64,000 nucleotides of DNA from Planctomycetes bacterium UBA7888 (GTDB lineage: Bacteria; Planctomycetota; UBA1135), in the NCBI GenBank assembly GCA_002500505.1, contig DLRM01000035.1, positions 35,709-99,708 on the forward strand. Reading direction: 5' to 3'. This document shows positions 47,616-56,892 of the stretch, piece by piece (the first letter of the stretch is position 1; every line of letters begins with the position of its first letter). The translations under genes were made by a program, and so were the position numbers. The notes under the pieces are model-generated. The model searched no databases and was not told the origin of the DNA. It saw nothing but the letters and a program-made list of their open reading frames with translations.

Positions 47616-48953
47616 GTGATTCTTTCCACCGCGGCCCTCGCAATTGGCCTTTTACCACTCCAGGAAAACTTCTCGGAAGACCTCTCCTTTGCCCCACCAG
47701 CCCGAGAAGTGGACGGCTTACTAGGCGTTCCGATGGATATCCAGTCCCTTTCTGCCACTCTTATTTTTGACCTTGAGGCCCGGACCAAGGAGGCCACAGC
47801 AGACTTAGTTTTTAAAGTAGGGGAAACAGGATATCCCATCTTTGATATTCGTCAGAACATTCGATCTGCGACCCTTGATATGAAGCCTATTAAGCCAGAA
47901 ACCATTTCGATTTTTGACATGGGCCCACAATCCGGAACCATGCGCCTCCTTGAGTGGGAAATCCAAGCGGGTGCGCCAAGCATTTTGCAACTGGCCTACG
48001 ACCTTGAGACTCCTGATGCGCCTGCTGCACGCGGCGCCCTAAAACGCGAGAAAGGGTTATTTTTTAGCACGAACTTTACAGATCTGAAACCAGGTCGCTA
48101 TTTGGAACAGTGGTTCCCCTCTAATCTCATTTATGACCGCTTCGCTTTCGAGTTGGAACTTCAACTTAAAAACGCCAAGCACGAGCACTTGATTTTCACA
48201 AACGCCGAGGTGGAAGAGATCGGAAATCACAATTGGCGACTCCGCTGGCCACCTCACACCACGGCCTTTTCCCCCATGTTGGTCATCGCTCCCAAGGATG
48301 ACATTGAAGTCTCCACAAAAACGGTCAAGCTCACGAAAGGGCAAAAAGTAAAAGTTACAGTCGCTCAAGACAATAAGTCCACGGGGTCCTTGAAATCATC
48401 CCATAAAAAGGTAGCAGAGGCTCTCAAAGATTTCAGCAAAACGGTAGGCCCCTGGCCGCATGGAAATCGTTGCACGGTTTATGTACGTAACTCCTCTGGC
48501 TCCATGGAATACGACGGTGCCACCACAACAGCCTATGGCGCCATTAGGCATGAGATTTTCCACAGTTGGTTTGGTCGCGGCGTAAAACCTCGCTCTCAAA
48601 ACGACGCTTGGTGGGATGAGGCCTGGGATGTTTGGTTTGCAGATGGCGGTCGTTATTCCCGTATGGATTTCTCAAAACCCGGAAAAGCGATCACTCTTTG
48701 CGGATCAAATCCTTGGAATCGAACCACCGCGGGGCAATCTTACGGCAAGGGTGCTCAATTTTTTGCCCGCGTGGCTCATCTGATTGGAGAAAAGAAACTC
48801 CGTTCAATCATGAGCGATTTCTTTCAAGAAAATGCGCTTCAAACAGCTTCAACTCAAGAAATGGAAGCCTTCCTCATTGAAAAAAGTGGGAATAGTAAAC
48901 TACAGGCTCTTTTCAACCGTTATGTTTACGGTCAAGACGACCTGAGCGACTAA
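47616..48953 (+). CDS. Secreted M1-like (gluzincin) zinc metallopeptidase
   Basis: GSMEY (GAMEN-like), HEIFHSWFG and downstream WWDE; signal peptide from GTG 47616. Confidence 0.85.
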   Translation: MILSTAALAIGLLPLQENFSEDLSFAPPAREVDGLLGVPMDIQSLSATLIFDLEARTKEATADLVFKVGETGYPIFDIRQNIRSATLDMKPIKPETISIFDMGPQSGTMRLLEWEIQAGAPSILQLAYDLETPDAPAARGALKREKGLFFSTNFTDLKPGRYLEQWFPSNLIYDRFAFELELQLKNAKHEHLIFTNAEVEEIGNHNWRLRWPPHTTAFSPMLVIAPKDDIEVSTKTVKLTKGQKVKVTVAQDNKSTGSLKSSHKKVAEALKDFSKTVGPWPHGNRCTVYVRNSSGSMEYDGATTTAYGAIRHEIFHSWFGRGVKPRSQNDAWWDEAWDVWFADGGRYSRMDFSKPGKAITLCGSNPWNRTTAGQSYGKGAQFFARVAHLIGEKKLRSIMSDFFQENALQTASTQEMEAFLIEKSGNSKLQALFNRYVYGQDDLSD

Positions 48954-49996
48954 TCGGATTCCCAAGGAGAGCCGTCTCGATAATCCTCAGGGTAATACCC
49001 TTCTCGGTAACCCCCAAACCCAAATGATGTTGGGGCCCAAGGCCCAATCATTTCTGCGGCTAGCCCCGTGACAGGAATATCCTCTTCAAGCCGGAGGCAC
49101 CAAGCCGAGGCATTCATAAACAATCGTCTCAAATCCTCACTAGACCAATCTTGTGCTGCGCCCATCGTAGTCACAAAAACCCTCTGAGTACCTTCCTGAG
49201 AGACTGGTCGATTGCGAATCCAAGCTACAGGATGCATAGGGTTATTCTTTGGACTCTCAAGAATGGCGGACGAAGAGGACATTCCTTCAAGCACCGCACC
49301 ATTTAGCAGTATCAAGGCATCATCCGGCAATTTCCGAATGGCGTAAACATCAGTTGGCCCAAAGACATCCTTGACTCCACGGAGAACGGGGTGCATTGAA
49401 TTGGCTTTCGCAATAACTCCCCGTGTCGCCTGTTTTCCATGGTTGCCATGATGTGCAATCCAGGTCTCGCCAAAAATTTCTCTACCAAATCCACCAGAGG
49501 GTTCTTTACTTTTCCAACTCCACTTCGCGTACGGGCTGGATGGATTCTTGATGTAATTGAATGCATGAGTTGAAGTCCGGATTCCGATGATTGGCTTTCC
49601 GGATTCAACAAAGTCCAGAACAACTTTCATATCTTCATCTGGCAATTCGCGAAATCTCCATTGCATCACAAGAAGATCTGCATCCTTAATCTGCTTAATC
49701 CCAGGAATATTAGACAAGTTGTCGGGGTCCACCATTCCCGTTTCAGGGTCTTGGCTAAACAAAACAACTGTCTCAAAACCATGGTGCTCCGAAAGTAGGC
49801 GGGCCAACATCGGAAGGGACTCTTCCGATCGATATTCCTCATCGCCTGAAACAAAAACAATTCGATAACCATCTCCAATCCCTTCACCTCCCGGAAAGTG
49901 AAGCCAGCGGGTATCTTCATTGCGTGGTGACACACAAGATGATAAGCACAAAAACAGCAACGAGAATAAAAATTGGGGGGCGGGAAGGCAAACCAT
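48950..49996 (-). CDS. ThuA-like domain lipoprotein
   Basis: Lipobox LSSC; VSGDEEYRSEE, GIRTSTHAF, HPVLRG, HPVAW, RVFVTTMG. Confidence 0.8.
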   Translation of the reverse strand: MVCLPAPQFLFSLLFLCLSSCVSPRNEDTRWLHFPGGEGIGDGYRIVFVSGDEEYRSEESLPMLARLLSEHHGFETVVLFSQDPETGMVDPDNLSNIPGIKQIKDADLLVMQWRFRELPDEDMKVVLDFVESGKPIIGIRTSTHAFNYIKNPSSPYAKWSWKSKEPSGGFGREIFGETWIAHHGNHGKQATRGVIAKANSMHPVLRGVKDVFGPTDVYAIRKLPDDALILLNGAVLEGMSSSSAILESPKNNPMHPVAWIRNRPVSQEGTQRVFVTTMGAAQDWSSEDLRRLFMNASAWCLRLEEDIPVTGLAAEMIGPWAPTSFGFGGYREGYYPEDYRDGSPWESD

Positions 49997-50026
49997 GAGT
50001 GAGGCAAGGGTAACCTTTACCTCTAC

Positions 50027-52870
50027 ATGAAGACTCTCTTCCCCAAGATAATTCTAGGTTGCCTCCTTCTCCCCGCCTGCGGTCAAGAAACGAGCTTTTT
50101 TCAACCTGAGGACCACCTTGTCATTCTTGGCGGAGGAATCGCCGACAGAATGCAGCATGATGGATGGCTAGAGACGATACTGCAGACAGAAACAATCGGG
50201 TTAAATCTCACCATCCGAAACCATGGGTTCACTGGCGACCGAATCGACCATCGCCCAAGAAATAAAGACTTCCTCGGCCCGAATGAATACCTCCAATTAT
50301 CTGGCGCTACTGTTATTTTCGCCATGTTTGGCTACAACGAGTCCTTTGACGAAGACCCCTTGGTTTTCAAAGATGCCATCTCAAACTGGATTCAGCAAAC
50401 ACAATCTCAAGACTACTCTGGAAAGGGGCCACCAAGAATTCTTCTCATTTCCCCCACAGCCCACCAAAATCTCGAGAATCCGAACTTCCCTGATGGTTCT
50501 TTGAACAATCCCCGCCTTGCTGCAACAGCCGCGGCAATGGAAGAGGCCGCCCGCGAAGCCGGTGTTGAATTTATTGACCTTTTCACACCCACACTACATC
50601 ACTATTCGATGAGCAAAGATGCCTTCACCATCAACGGTGTTCATTTGAATTCTCAAGGCAACAGGCTTGTTGCGGGAATTATCGCCGACAAGCTCTTCGG
50701 TAAAGAAAAGGCCCGACTCAAAAACAATTTGGAGACCCTCCGAAGTGCTGTATTGGATAAAAATTGGCATTGGTACAACCGATATCGGGCCACGGATGGG
50801 AACGATGTCTGGGGATCTCGGGCGGACTTAAAGTTCACCAATGAGCAATCCAATCGAGACGTTCTCCAGCACGAACTATCTCAGCTTGATGTCATGGCAA
50901 GGAATCGAGACGAGGTTATCTGGAAAATCGCAAAGGGAGAAAACGCAATAGCAGATGACAGCAATGTTCCAGAATCTGTAAAAGTCATCACAAATTTAGA
51001 CAAGGAACAGCTCCAAGGTGGCATTAGCAAACTTGGAGATGGGTCCTACTTAGGCGGGATAGAAGCAATCGAAAAAATGACGCTTCAAGATGGCCTTGAA
51101 GCCAATCTATTCGCCTCAGAAGAAATGTTTCCAGAAATGGTCAACCCAGTGCAACTCGGCGTTGACCCAAAAGGCCGCATGTGGGTTGCGGCGTGGAAAA
51201 CTTATCCAAAATGGGAGCCCATGAAAAAGATGGATGATCGCTTAATCATTCTTCCGGATGACAACCGGGACGGTGTGGCCGATCGAGCAATTACCTTCGC
51301 CTATGTCCATAACCCAACTGGATTTGAATTCTGGAATGGGGGCGTCATTGTTGCATCAACACCTGGCCTTATCTTCCTCAAAGATACCGATGGTGATGAC
51401 ATCGCCGATGTTCGTTATCGAATCCTTGATGGGCTAGATTCGGCAGACACGCACCATGCCGCAAATAACTTTGTTTTAGGGCCTGATGGTTCTCTTTACT
51501 ATCAAAGAGGAATTTTCCTCGTTTCAAATGTTGAGACGCCTTGGCAAACAAACCAAGAATCTACAAGGTCCGGCATGTATCGTTTCAACCCACGAACTCA
51601 TGAGTTCAGCTTCCATGCCGAAAATAGCCCCAACCCACACGGCATTGGCTTTGATTATTGGGGATACCACTACGCTACTGATGGAACAGGCGGGCGGGCA
51701 TTTCAAGTTGTCAGTAATGGAGATGGAAGCTTCAAAATGCGGAAGCTTCTCAATCAAACAGTACGACCGGTTGCATCCAGTGGAATCCTTTCAAGCAGCC
51801 ACTTCCCGGAATCATTTCAAGGGAACTTCCTACTCTGCAACACTATTGCCTTTTTGGGATTAAAGCAATACAAGCTGGATTTTGACACAGTAACAGGGGA
51901 AGCAAATGGGACTGAGGTGGAGGATCTTCTCGCCTCCCAAGATCCGAACTTCCGGCCAACAGATTTCGAAGTTGGCGACGATGGTGCCTTGTATGTTTCG
52001 GACTGGTGCAACTCAATTGTTGGACATATGCAACATAATGTTCGAGATCCAGAGAGAGACCATGCCCACGGTCGAATATACCGGATTACGGCAAAGGACC
52101 GCCCACTGGCCACACATGTCTCAGTCTCTGGCCGCCCAATCCCAGAACTCCTTGATTTACTCAAGAGCCCTATCAATGGAATTCGGCACCGAGTGCGTGT
52201 TGAATTGTCCGCAAGGAATAGCGAAGAAGTGATTCGCCTGACTCAAGAGTGGGCCTCCAAATTTGATATTCGCGATGAAAGCGATGCCCATCATCTCCTT
52301 GAGGCTTTGTGGATTCATCAGCAACATAATGCAAAAAATCAAGATTTGCTCAACACGCTTCTCAACTCCCCCAACGCACATGCTCGAATCGCTGCGAGGA
52401 GGGTCGAAGGAATGTGGACTCATGCCCAATCAAAGCCAAACGCCTTAAATGAAACGAGAGGTCTTGGAACAAAGAGCCAACCGGCGCCAACTCCTCCGGA
52501 GGGATCGATTGCCCTCCAAACGGTCCCTGAAAAAATGAGCTACGACCTTGAATCTTTTGAGGTTCAAGCGGGTGCACCTGTAAAGCTATGGTTTTTCAAC
52601 CCAGATTTTATGCCGCACAATTTGATTATCGGGATGCCCGATTCTTCCGAAGAGCTCGGTCTTGCTGCTGAGGCTCTTGGGGCAGCGGGCTTCAACCAAG
52701 GCTTTGTCCCAACAAGCGAAAAAATCATTGCGAGCTCAAGACTCCTAAATCATATGGAGAGCCAGATTATTGAATTTACAGCACCCGAAAAAATTGGGGA
52801 ATATGACTACGTCTGCACTTTTCCTGGCCACTGGAAACTTATGCAGGGGAAAATGATTGTTCGCCCATAG
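50027..52870 (+). CDS. Lipoprotein: SGNH/GDSL-like domain, DUF7133/sorbosone-dehydrogenase-like propeller, HEAT-like region, C-terminal azurin/auracyanin cupredoxin
   Basis: Lipobox LPAC; FGYNES and NGVHLN; LFASE...DPKGRMWV, DTDGD, FRPTD, DWCN..GHMQH; type-1 Cu motif MPHN...CTFPGHWKLM. Confidence 0.8.
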   Translation: MKTLFPKIILGCLLLPACGQETSFFQPEDHLVILGGGIADRMQHDGWLETILQTETIGLNLTIRNHGFTGDRIDHRPRNKDFLGPNEYLQLSGATVIFAMFGYNESFDEDPLVFKDAISNWIQQTQSQDYSGKGPPRILLISPTAHQNLENPNFPDGSLNNPRLAATAAAMEEAAREAGVEFIDLFTPTLHHYSMSKDAFTINGVHLNSQGNRLVAGIIADKLFGKEKARLKNNLETLRSAVLDKNWHWYNRYRATDGNDVWGSRADLKFTNEQSNRDVLQHELSQLDVMARNRDEVIWKIAKGENAIADDSNVPESVKVITNLDKEQLQGGISKLGDGSYLGGIEAIEKMTLQDGLEANLFASEEMFPEMVNPVQLGVDPKGRMWVAAWKTYPKWEPMKKMDDRLIILPDDNRDGVADRAITFAYVHNPTGFEFWNGGVIVASTPGLIFLKDTDGDDIADVRYRILDGLDSADTHHAANNFVLGPDGSLYYQRGIFLVSNVETPWQTNQESTRSGMYRFNPRTHEFSFHAENSPNPHGIGFDYWGYHYATDGTGGRAFQVVSNGDGSFKMRKLLNQTVRPVASSGILSSSHFPESFQGNFLLCNTIAFLGLKQYKLDFDTVTGEANGTEVEDLLASQDPNFRPTDFEVGDDGALYVSDWCNSIVGHMQHNVRDPERDHAHGRIYRITAKDRPLATHVSVSGRPIPELLDLLKSPINGIRHRVRVELSARNSEEVIRLTQEWASKFDIRDESDAHHLLEALWIHQQHNAKNQDLLNTLLNSPNAHARIAARRVEGMWTHAQSKPNALNETRGLGTKSQPAPTPPEGSIALQTVPEKMSYDLESFEVQAGAPVKLWFFNPDFMPHNLIIGMPDSSEELGLAAEALGAAGFNQGFVPTSEKIIASSRLLNHMESQIIEFTAPEKIGEYDYVCTFPGHWKLMQGKMIVRP

Positions 52871-53088
52871 CCCATCAGAATAGGGTGCGAATTCAACAAC
52901 CTATTCCTCGGTACGGATTTGCTTAATCAGAGCGTCAGCAAGCAAGGCGGCGGTGTTTGGACCGTGGCGCAAAAACAGGCTTGGATCCACCACCTACAGT
53001 TCGCATAGAGTTACAGTCTAGCCAAGCCTTTCGCCCTGTTGACTCATGATGCGAATCGAAAACCCACAGTAGTTTTCAAAAAAGTCCC

Positions 53089-55263
53089 CTATTCACCCTT
53101 TCGCACCGATTCTACCTTTTCTTTTGTAAATATTTGTGGATTAGGATTGAATCGACGCTGTACATCATTCAATACTTCAGCAATATCTGCGTCATTGAGC
53201 AGTGCCCTCCATGCAGGCATTGACTGGTTCCACGTTTCTCCATTCACCTGAATCGTCTCTTCCAGTCCATTAAGAACGATAGAAATCAACTCTTCTTTTG
53301 ACTTGCCAAGCCAAACAGAGTCGTTCAATGGAGGCGCCAAACCGGGCTGCCCTAATCCATCCGCGCCATGGCAAGCCAAACATGTCCTCGCATAAACTGG
53401 TGATTCGGAGTCACTCGAAACTGCAAGTTTGCTCGATCCAACTAGTGACACTTGCGCGCCAAGAATAATTTTATCCTCTGAATCAAAGCGTCGATCTGCC
53501 CTAATCTTTTTCAACAATTCAACAGAAAGGTCTTGGGGAACGGTTGCCAAGCTAGTCGCAATAATCGGATCTTGACGGTTGTCAAAGAACAAATCCAAAG
53601 CAAACCTTTGAGCCATATCATCCGGGCAGCTCAATAAACTCAGAACAACTTGCCGTTTAGCGAACAAGTCTCCACTCACCGCTCGACGGTAGATCAGTCT
53701 CAAAAGACTCCCATCCTTCCCGGGCAGGAGCGACTCAGATGCCTGAATAATGGAAGGCAGTTCTTTCGGGCCCGCATTCTCCAACGCCCAGGCTACTGTT
53801 TTTTCTTTCAAGAGGCCCAAGCCCTTTAAAGTCCATATAGCGTGGAGGGAAAGAAGAGGATCTTTCTTGTGAACAGCGACTTCAAGCATAGGCCCCAAAG
53901 CGGAATCCCCGGATTCCACAAGCATGCGCTGGGCAGAATCTCGCCAAAAACCATCCGCGTGCCCCAATAGAGGAACCCAATCCTCAATCTCTTCTGGAAC
54001 TTCCATTGATTGGGCTTTCACATCCTTCTGTCGAATGCGCCAAATACGGCCGAGGCCAATCGGTTCATCTAACCCTCGACCAAGGACCTGCTTTCGAAGA
54101 TACGTCGTCACAAAAAGACGATGTTGAATTAACCCTCGATAAAAATCTAGTACATAGGTGGCACCATCCGGCCCATCAATTACATTAACGGGCCGAAACC
54201 GTTCATCAGTTGATGTCCAAAATTCCTTGCCATCTTCCTGCGCATTCCTTGCTCGAATATCACCACCTTCTTGGTCCAGGTAAACTCTCTTAACAAGATT
54301 AGCGCAAGGCTCTGGAATTAATAGACTTCCTCTTTCACTTTCCAAAAAGGCCGACCCGCGAATAACTCCGGGACCGCAAACTCCAGTTGCCGTCAGTAGT
54401 GTTCCATCCGAACGCAAAGTCTCCGGGCGATATCCCCTATTGACGCCAGGCGTGATTCGGGAAGGCCAAACCCTTTGATCCCTCATAATGCTGCGACCCA
54501 GGCCCCAAAGACCGTTAAAGCCCATATTCCTCTTCCCATAACTTCGCGGCACGAAATCGGTATGGAGTATGGAAGAGTTTGTGTTGAAAAAAAGACGGCC
54601 CCAATTGTCCATAGTCACACCCCATTGACCTTGGGCTGATGCGGGCCATGTTTTCCATTCACCCCTAAGCCAAGATGCCTCAGCATTGTGTTTTGCAAAG
54701 TGGATTCGATTATCCAAGCCATGAATCATTCCATTCGGAGCATGCTCGGGCGAGGTGATACCAGTCCAATTATCCGTCACTATTGTTTTCTTGTCGCAAC
54801 GAAGATCACCGTCTAAGTCTTGGCAAAACAATAACTGAGGTGGTGACAAGACAAGAACTCCACCTTTCACAATGGTGATTGCTCGCGGCAATACCAAACC
54901 TTCCAAAAACGGGGTAGAGCGGTCCATCACTCCATCGCCGTCTAAGTCCTCCAATACAACCACTTTGCCTACTGGCTCCTCTTCTCCGGCACCATCTACA
55001 TTGGGCATAAATCCGCGCATTTCCACAACCCACATTCGACCTTTCTCATCAAACGCCGCCGCAACCGGATCGACAATGAGAGGTTCGGAAGCGATTAAAT
55101 CAACAACAAATCCGTCCGCAATTTCAAAACTATCGAGCTCTTCACTTGGTGAAAGAACTTTTGCAGGGGGCACTTCCCACTCCGTCCAATTCTCGATCTG
55201 CGGAGAATCGCCCTCGCGGTCCCCCGCCTGCGCCAGAACGCATAAAGAAAAAGTTAAAATCAT
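53089..55263 (-). CDS. PVC-type membrane-bound dehydrogenase-like protein (DUF7133 propeller, HEAT, cytochrome c)
   Basis: IASEPLIVDPV..FDEKGRMWVVEM, DLDGDG, DERFRPV, DFYRGLIQH; C-terminal CLACHG...APPL...MP; ATG 55263 coupled to the upstream gene. Confidence 0.82.
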   Translation of the reverse strand: MILTFSLCVLAQAGDREGDSPQIENWTEWEVPPAKVLSPSEELDSFEIADGFVVDLIASEPLIVDPVAAAFDEKGRMWVVEMRGFMPNVDGAGEEEPVGKVVVLEDLDGDGVMDRSTPFLEGLVLPRAITIVKGGVLVLSPPQLLFCQDLDGDLRCDKKTIVTDNWTGITSPEHAPNGMIHGLDNRIHFAKHNAEASWLRGEWKTWPASAQGQWGVTMDNWGRLFFNTNSSILHTDFVPRSYGKRNMGFNGLWGLGRSIMRDQRVWPSRITPGVNRGYRPETLRSDGTLLTATGVCGPGVIRGSAFLESERGSLLIPEPCANLVKRVYLDQEGGDIRARNAQEDGKEFWTSTDERFRPVNVIDGPDGATYVLDFYRGLIQHRLFVTTYLRKQVLGRGLDEPIGLGRIWRIRQKDVKAQSMEVPEEIEDWVPLLGHADGFWRDSAQRMLVESGDSALGPMLEVAVHKKDPLLSLHAIWTLKGLGLLKEKTVAWALENAGPKELPSIIQASESLLPGKDGSLLRLIYRRAVSGDLFAKRQVVLSLLSCPDDMAQRFALDLFFDNRQDPIIATSLATVPQDLSVELLKKIRADRRFDSEDKIILGAQVSLVGSSKLAVSSDSESPVYARTCLACHGADGLGQPGLAPPLNDSVWLGKSKEELISIVLNGLEETIQVNGETWNQSMPAWRALLNDADIAEVLNDVQRRFNPNPQIFTKEKVESVRKGE

Positions 55264-56783
55264 TTCCCGGGCCCCAATTCTCGAATGAACAAGTTTTTCC
55301 AAGAGACATTGGTCTTGCCTCCACTATGGACTTGAAAACCAATCAAGCCTTTCCCGCTCTTGGAATCTCGAAAATCCGCACAGGGAATTCCGTTCACCCA
55401 CGATTGGATACGCTCCCCCCGACAAAGAACTCTGTAATGATTCCACTCGTCCACATGAAAGGCAGAGTTCCCTTCTGGATTGTCCTCTAAATTTTGCAAC
55501 CATCCGCGACCAGCCTCCTCGTAGAGGCCACCCGACCAGGCGCGGGGGCTTCCGTCAATCTCAATCTGGTAGCCTGAGACTTTCCCCTTCTCGTCAACTT
55601 TGGAGCGAATCTGGATTCCAGAGTTCCCTCCGGAGTTCAACTTCACATCTACATTCAATTCGAAGTCTGAAAACTCCTCTTCAGAAATGAAGAAGGCGTT
55701 CCGCCCAAAGTTTCCGCTACCCGTAAGCATCCCATTTTCAAGAAGGAACGTTGCCTCTCCAACAGGTTTCCAAGGGTGGTATTCCGATGGTCGCCAATGC
55801 GCTTTGCCAAGGTCCCGAATGTGTCGCGCACTCGCGCGAACAGATCCCAAAAAAGAATGTTCTCCCTCAAAGACTGGGAAGCCATTCCATTCAACTATTG
55901 CATGGTTTCCATTTACTCGAACACTCTGAATATTGAGAGAGCCTTTCGGATAGAGGTACTCCTCAAAGTCTTCTGCTCTAGGAATCCAATCGGGCAAATC
56001 TTCCTCGGTCTCAAACAGAAAGCTTGCAATGTAATTCCCTGGATTTGGGCTCCATGTCTTTTCTCCCATAACCTCAAAAGGGGCGGCCTGAGTCAGCCAC
56101 TTCAGAGCCTCTTCAGAGGAAAACTCTTTAATCTTCAAATTCCTAAATCGGATTTCTCCGCCGTGAGTTTGAAGCTGAATCGGGCCACTTTCGGGCACTG
56201 AAGATGACCGATCGAAGTAGTTCTCCATAAGGGCTTGGTGCACAATCTGTGTTTCATTCAGCCAAACAGAAACGCGAGGGCCAATCATTACAATCCGAAG
56301 AGTGTTCCATTCTCCAAAAGGTCGATCCATTCTCTTACTTGGAAATCGTGACTCCTCAATGTTGTTCCATAAAGCACCCGAGCCTTTTCCCGCACCAAGT
56401 TCCCACTTTCCTCCTTCTTTTGTCCAGTCCCAAATTTGCACTTGAGGACAGGCTCGAAGATAAATCCCAGAGTCAGCGCCGGCCACCGTTTTATATTCCA
56501 AGCGCAAATCGAAGTCTCTGAAATCTTTTTCTGTTGTCAAGAAGACACCAGCGCCATCATTCACGATTTCACCAGACTCTACGCTCCAGTGCTTCTCCAT
56601 GTCTGCGTTCCACTCCCGTTGCTGAATACTTCGCTTTTCTGGAGACCATAGCTTTTCGGCATGCGGCTGCAAATGGGGACGCCCACGCCAACCACGCAAG
56701 TCAGCCCCATCGAACAATGGCGAAAAAGTAGACGGTGCCTGGGAAAGCGGAGCGGCGAGGGCGAGGGCGAGGGTTAGGAGCAT
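55260..56783 (-). CDS. Secreted protein with two DUF1080 (3-keto-disaccharide hydrolase-like) domains
   Basis: LFDGADLRGW...DSGIYLR...GEWN...IQLQTHG..IRFRNLKI, and a second copy NSGIQIR..YQIEI..WNHY..IGFQVH. Confidence 0.88.
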   Translation of the reverse strand: MLLTLALALAAPLSQAPSTFSPLFDGADLRGWRGRPHLQPHAEKLWSPEKRSIQQREWNADMEKHWSVESGEIVNDGAGVFLTTEKDFRDFDLRLEYKTVAGADSGIYLRACPQVQIWDWTKEGGKWELGAGKGSGALWNNIEESRFPSKRMDRPFGEWNTLRIVMIGPRVSVWLNETQIVHQALMENYFDRSSSVPESGPIQLQTHGGEIRFRNLKIKEFSSEEALKWLTQAAPFEVMGEKTWSPNPGNYIASFLFETEEDLPDWIPRAEDFEEYLYPKGSLNIQSVRVNGNHAIVEWNGFPVFEGEHSFLGSVRASARHIRDLGKAHWRPSEYHPWKPVGEATFLLENGMLTGSGNFGRNAFFISEEEFSDFELNVDVKLNSGGNSGIQIRSKVDEKGKVSGYQIEIDGSPRAWSGGLYEEAGRGWLQNLEDNPEGNSAFHVDEWNHYRVLCRGERIQSWVNGIPCADFRDSKSGKGLIGFQVHSGGKTNVSWKNLFIRELGPGK

Positions 56784-56892
56784 TTCGGGTTAGTCTAAAG
56801 GCTTCAAATTGCTAGAGGCTCTTTCATTAGAACAACATACCTTGCCAAAGAACAACATGAACCAAGGGCTCGGCTCCCGTATCTTGGAATCC

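Noticed and set aside
52901-53047. 49-codon minus-strand frame with two in-frame TAGs as stop-codon recoding
   Set aside because: TAG is used as a normal stop by many genes here (e.g. genes ending at 3908, 13193 and 52870), and no recoding machinery is visible.
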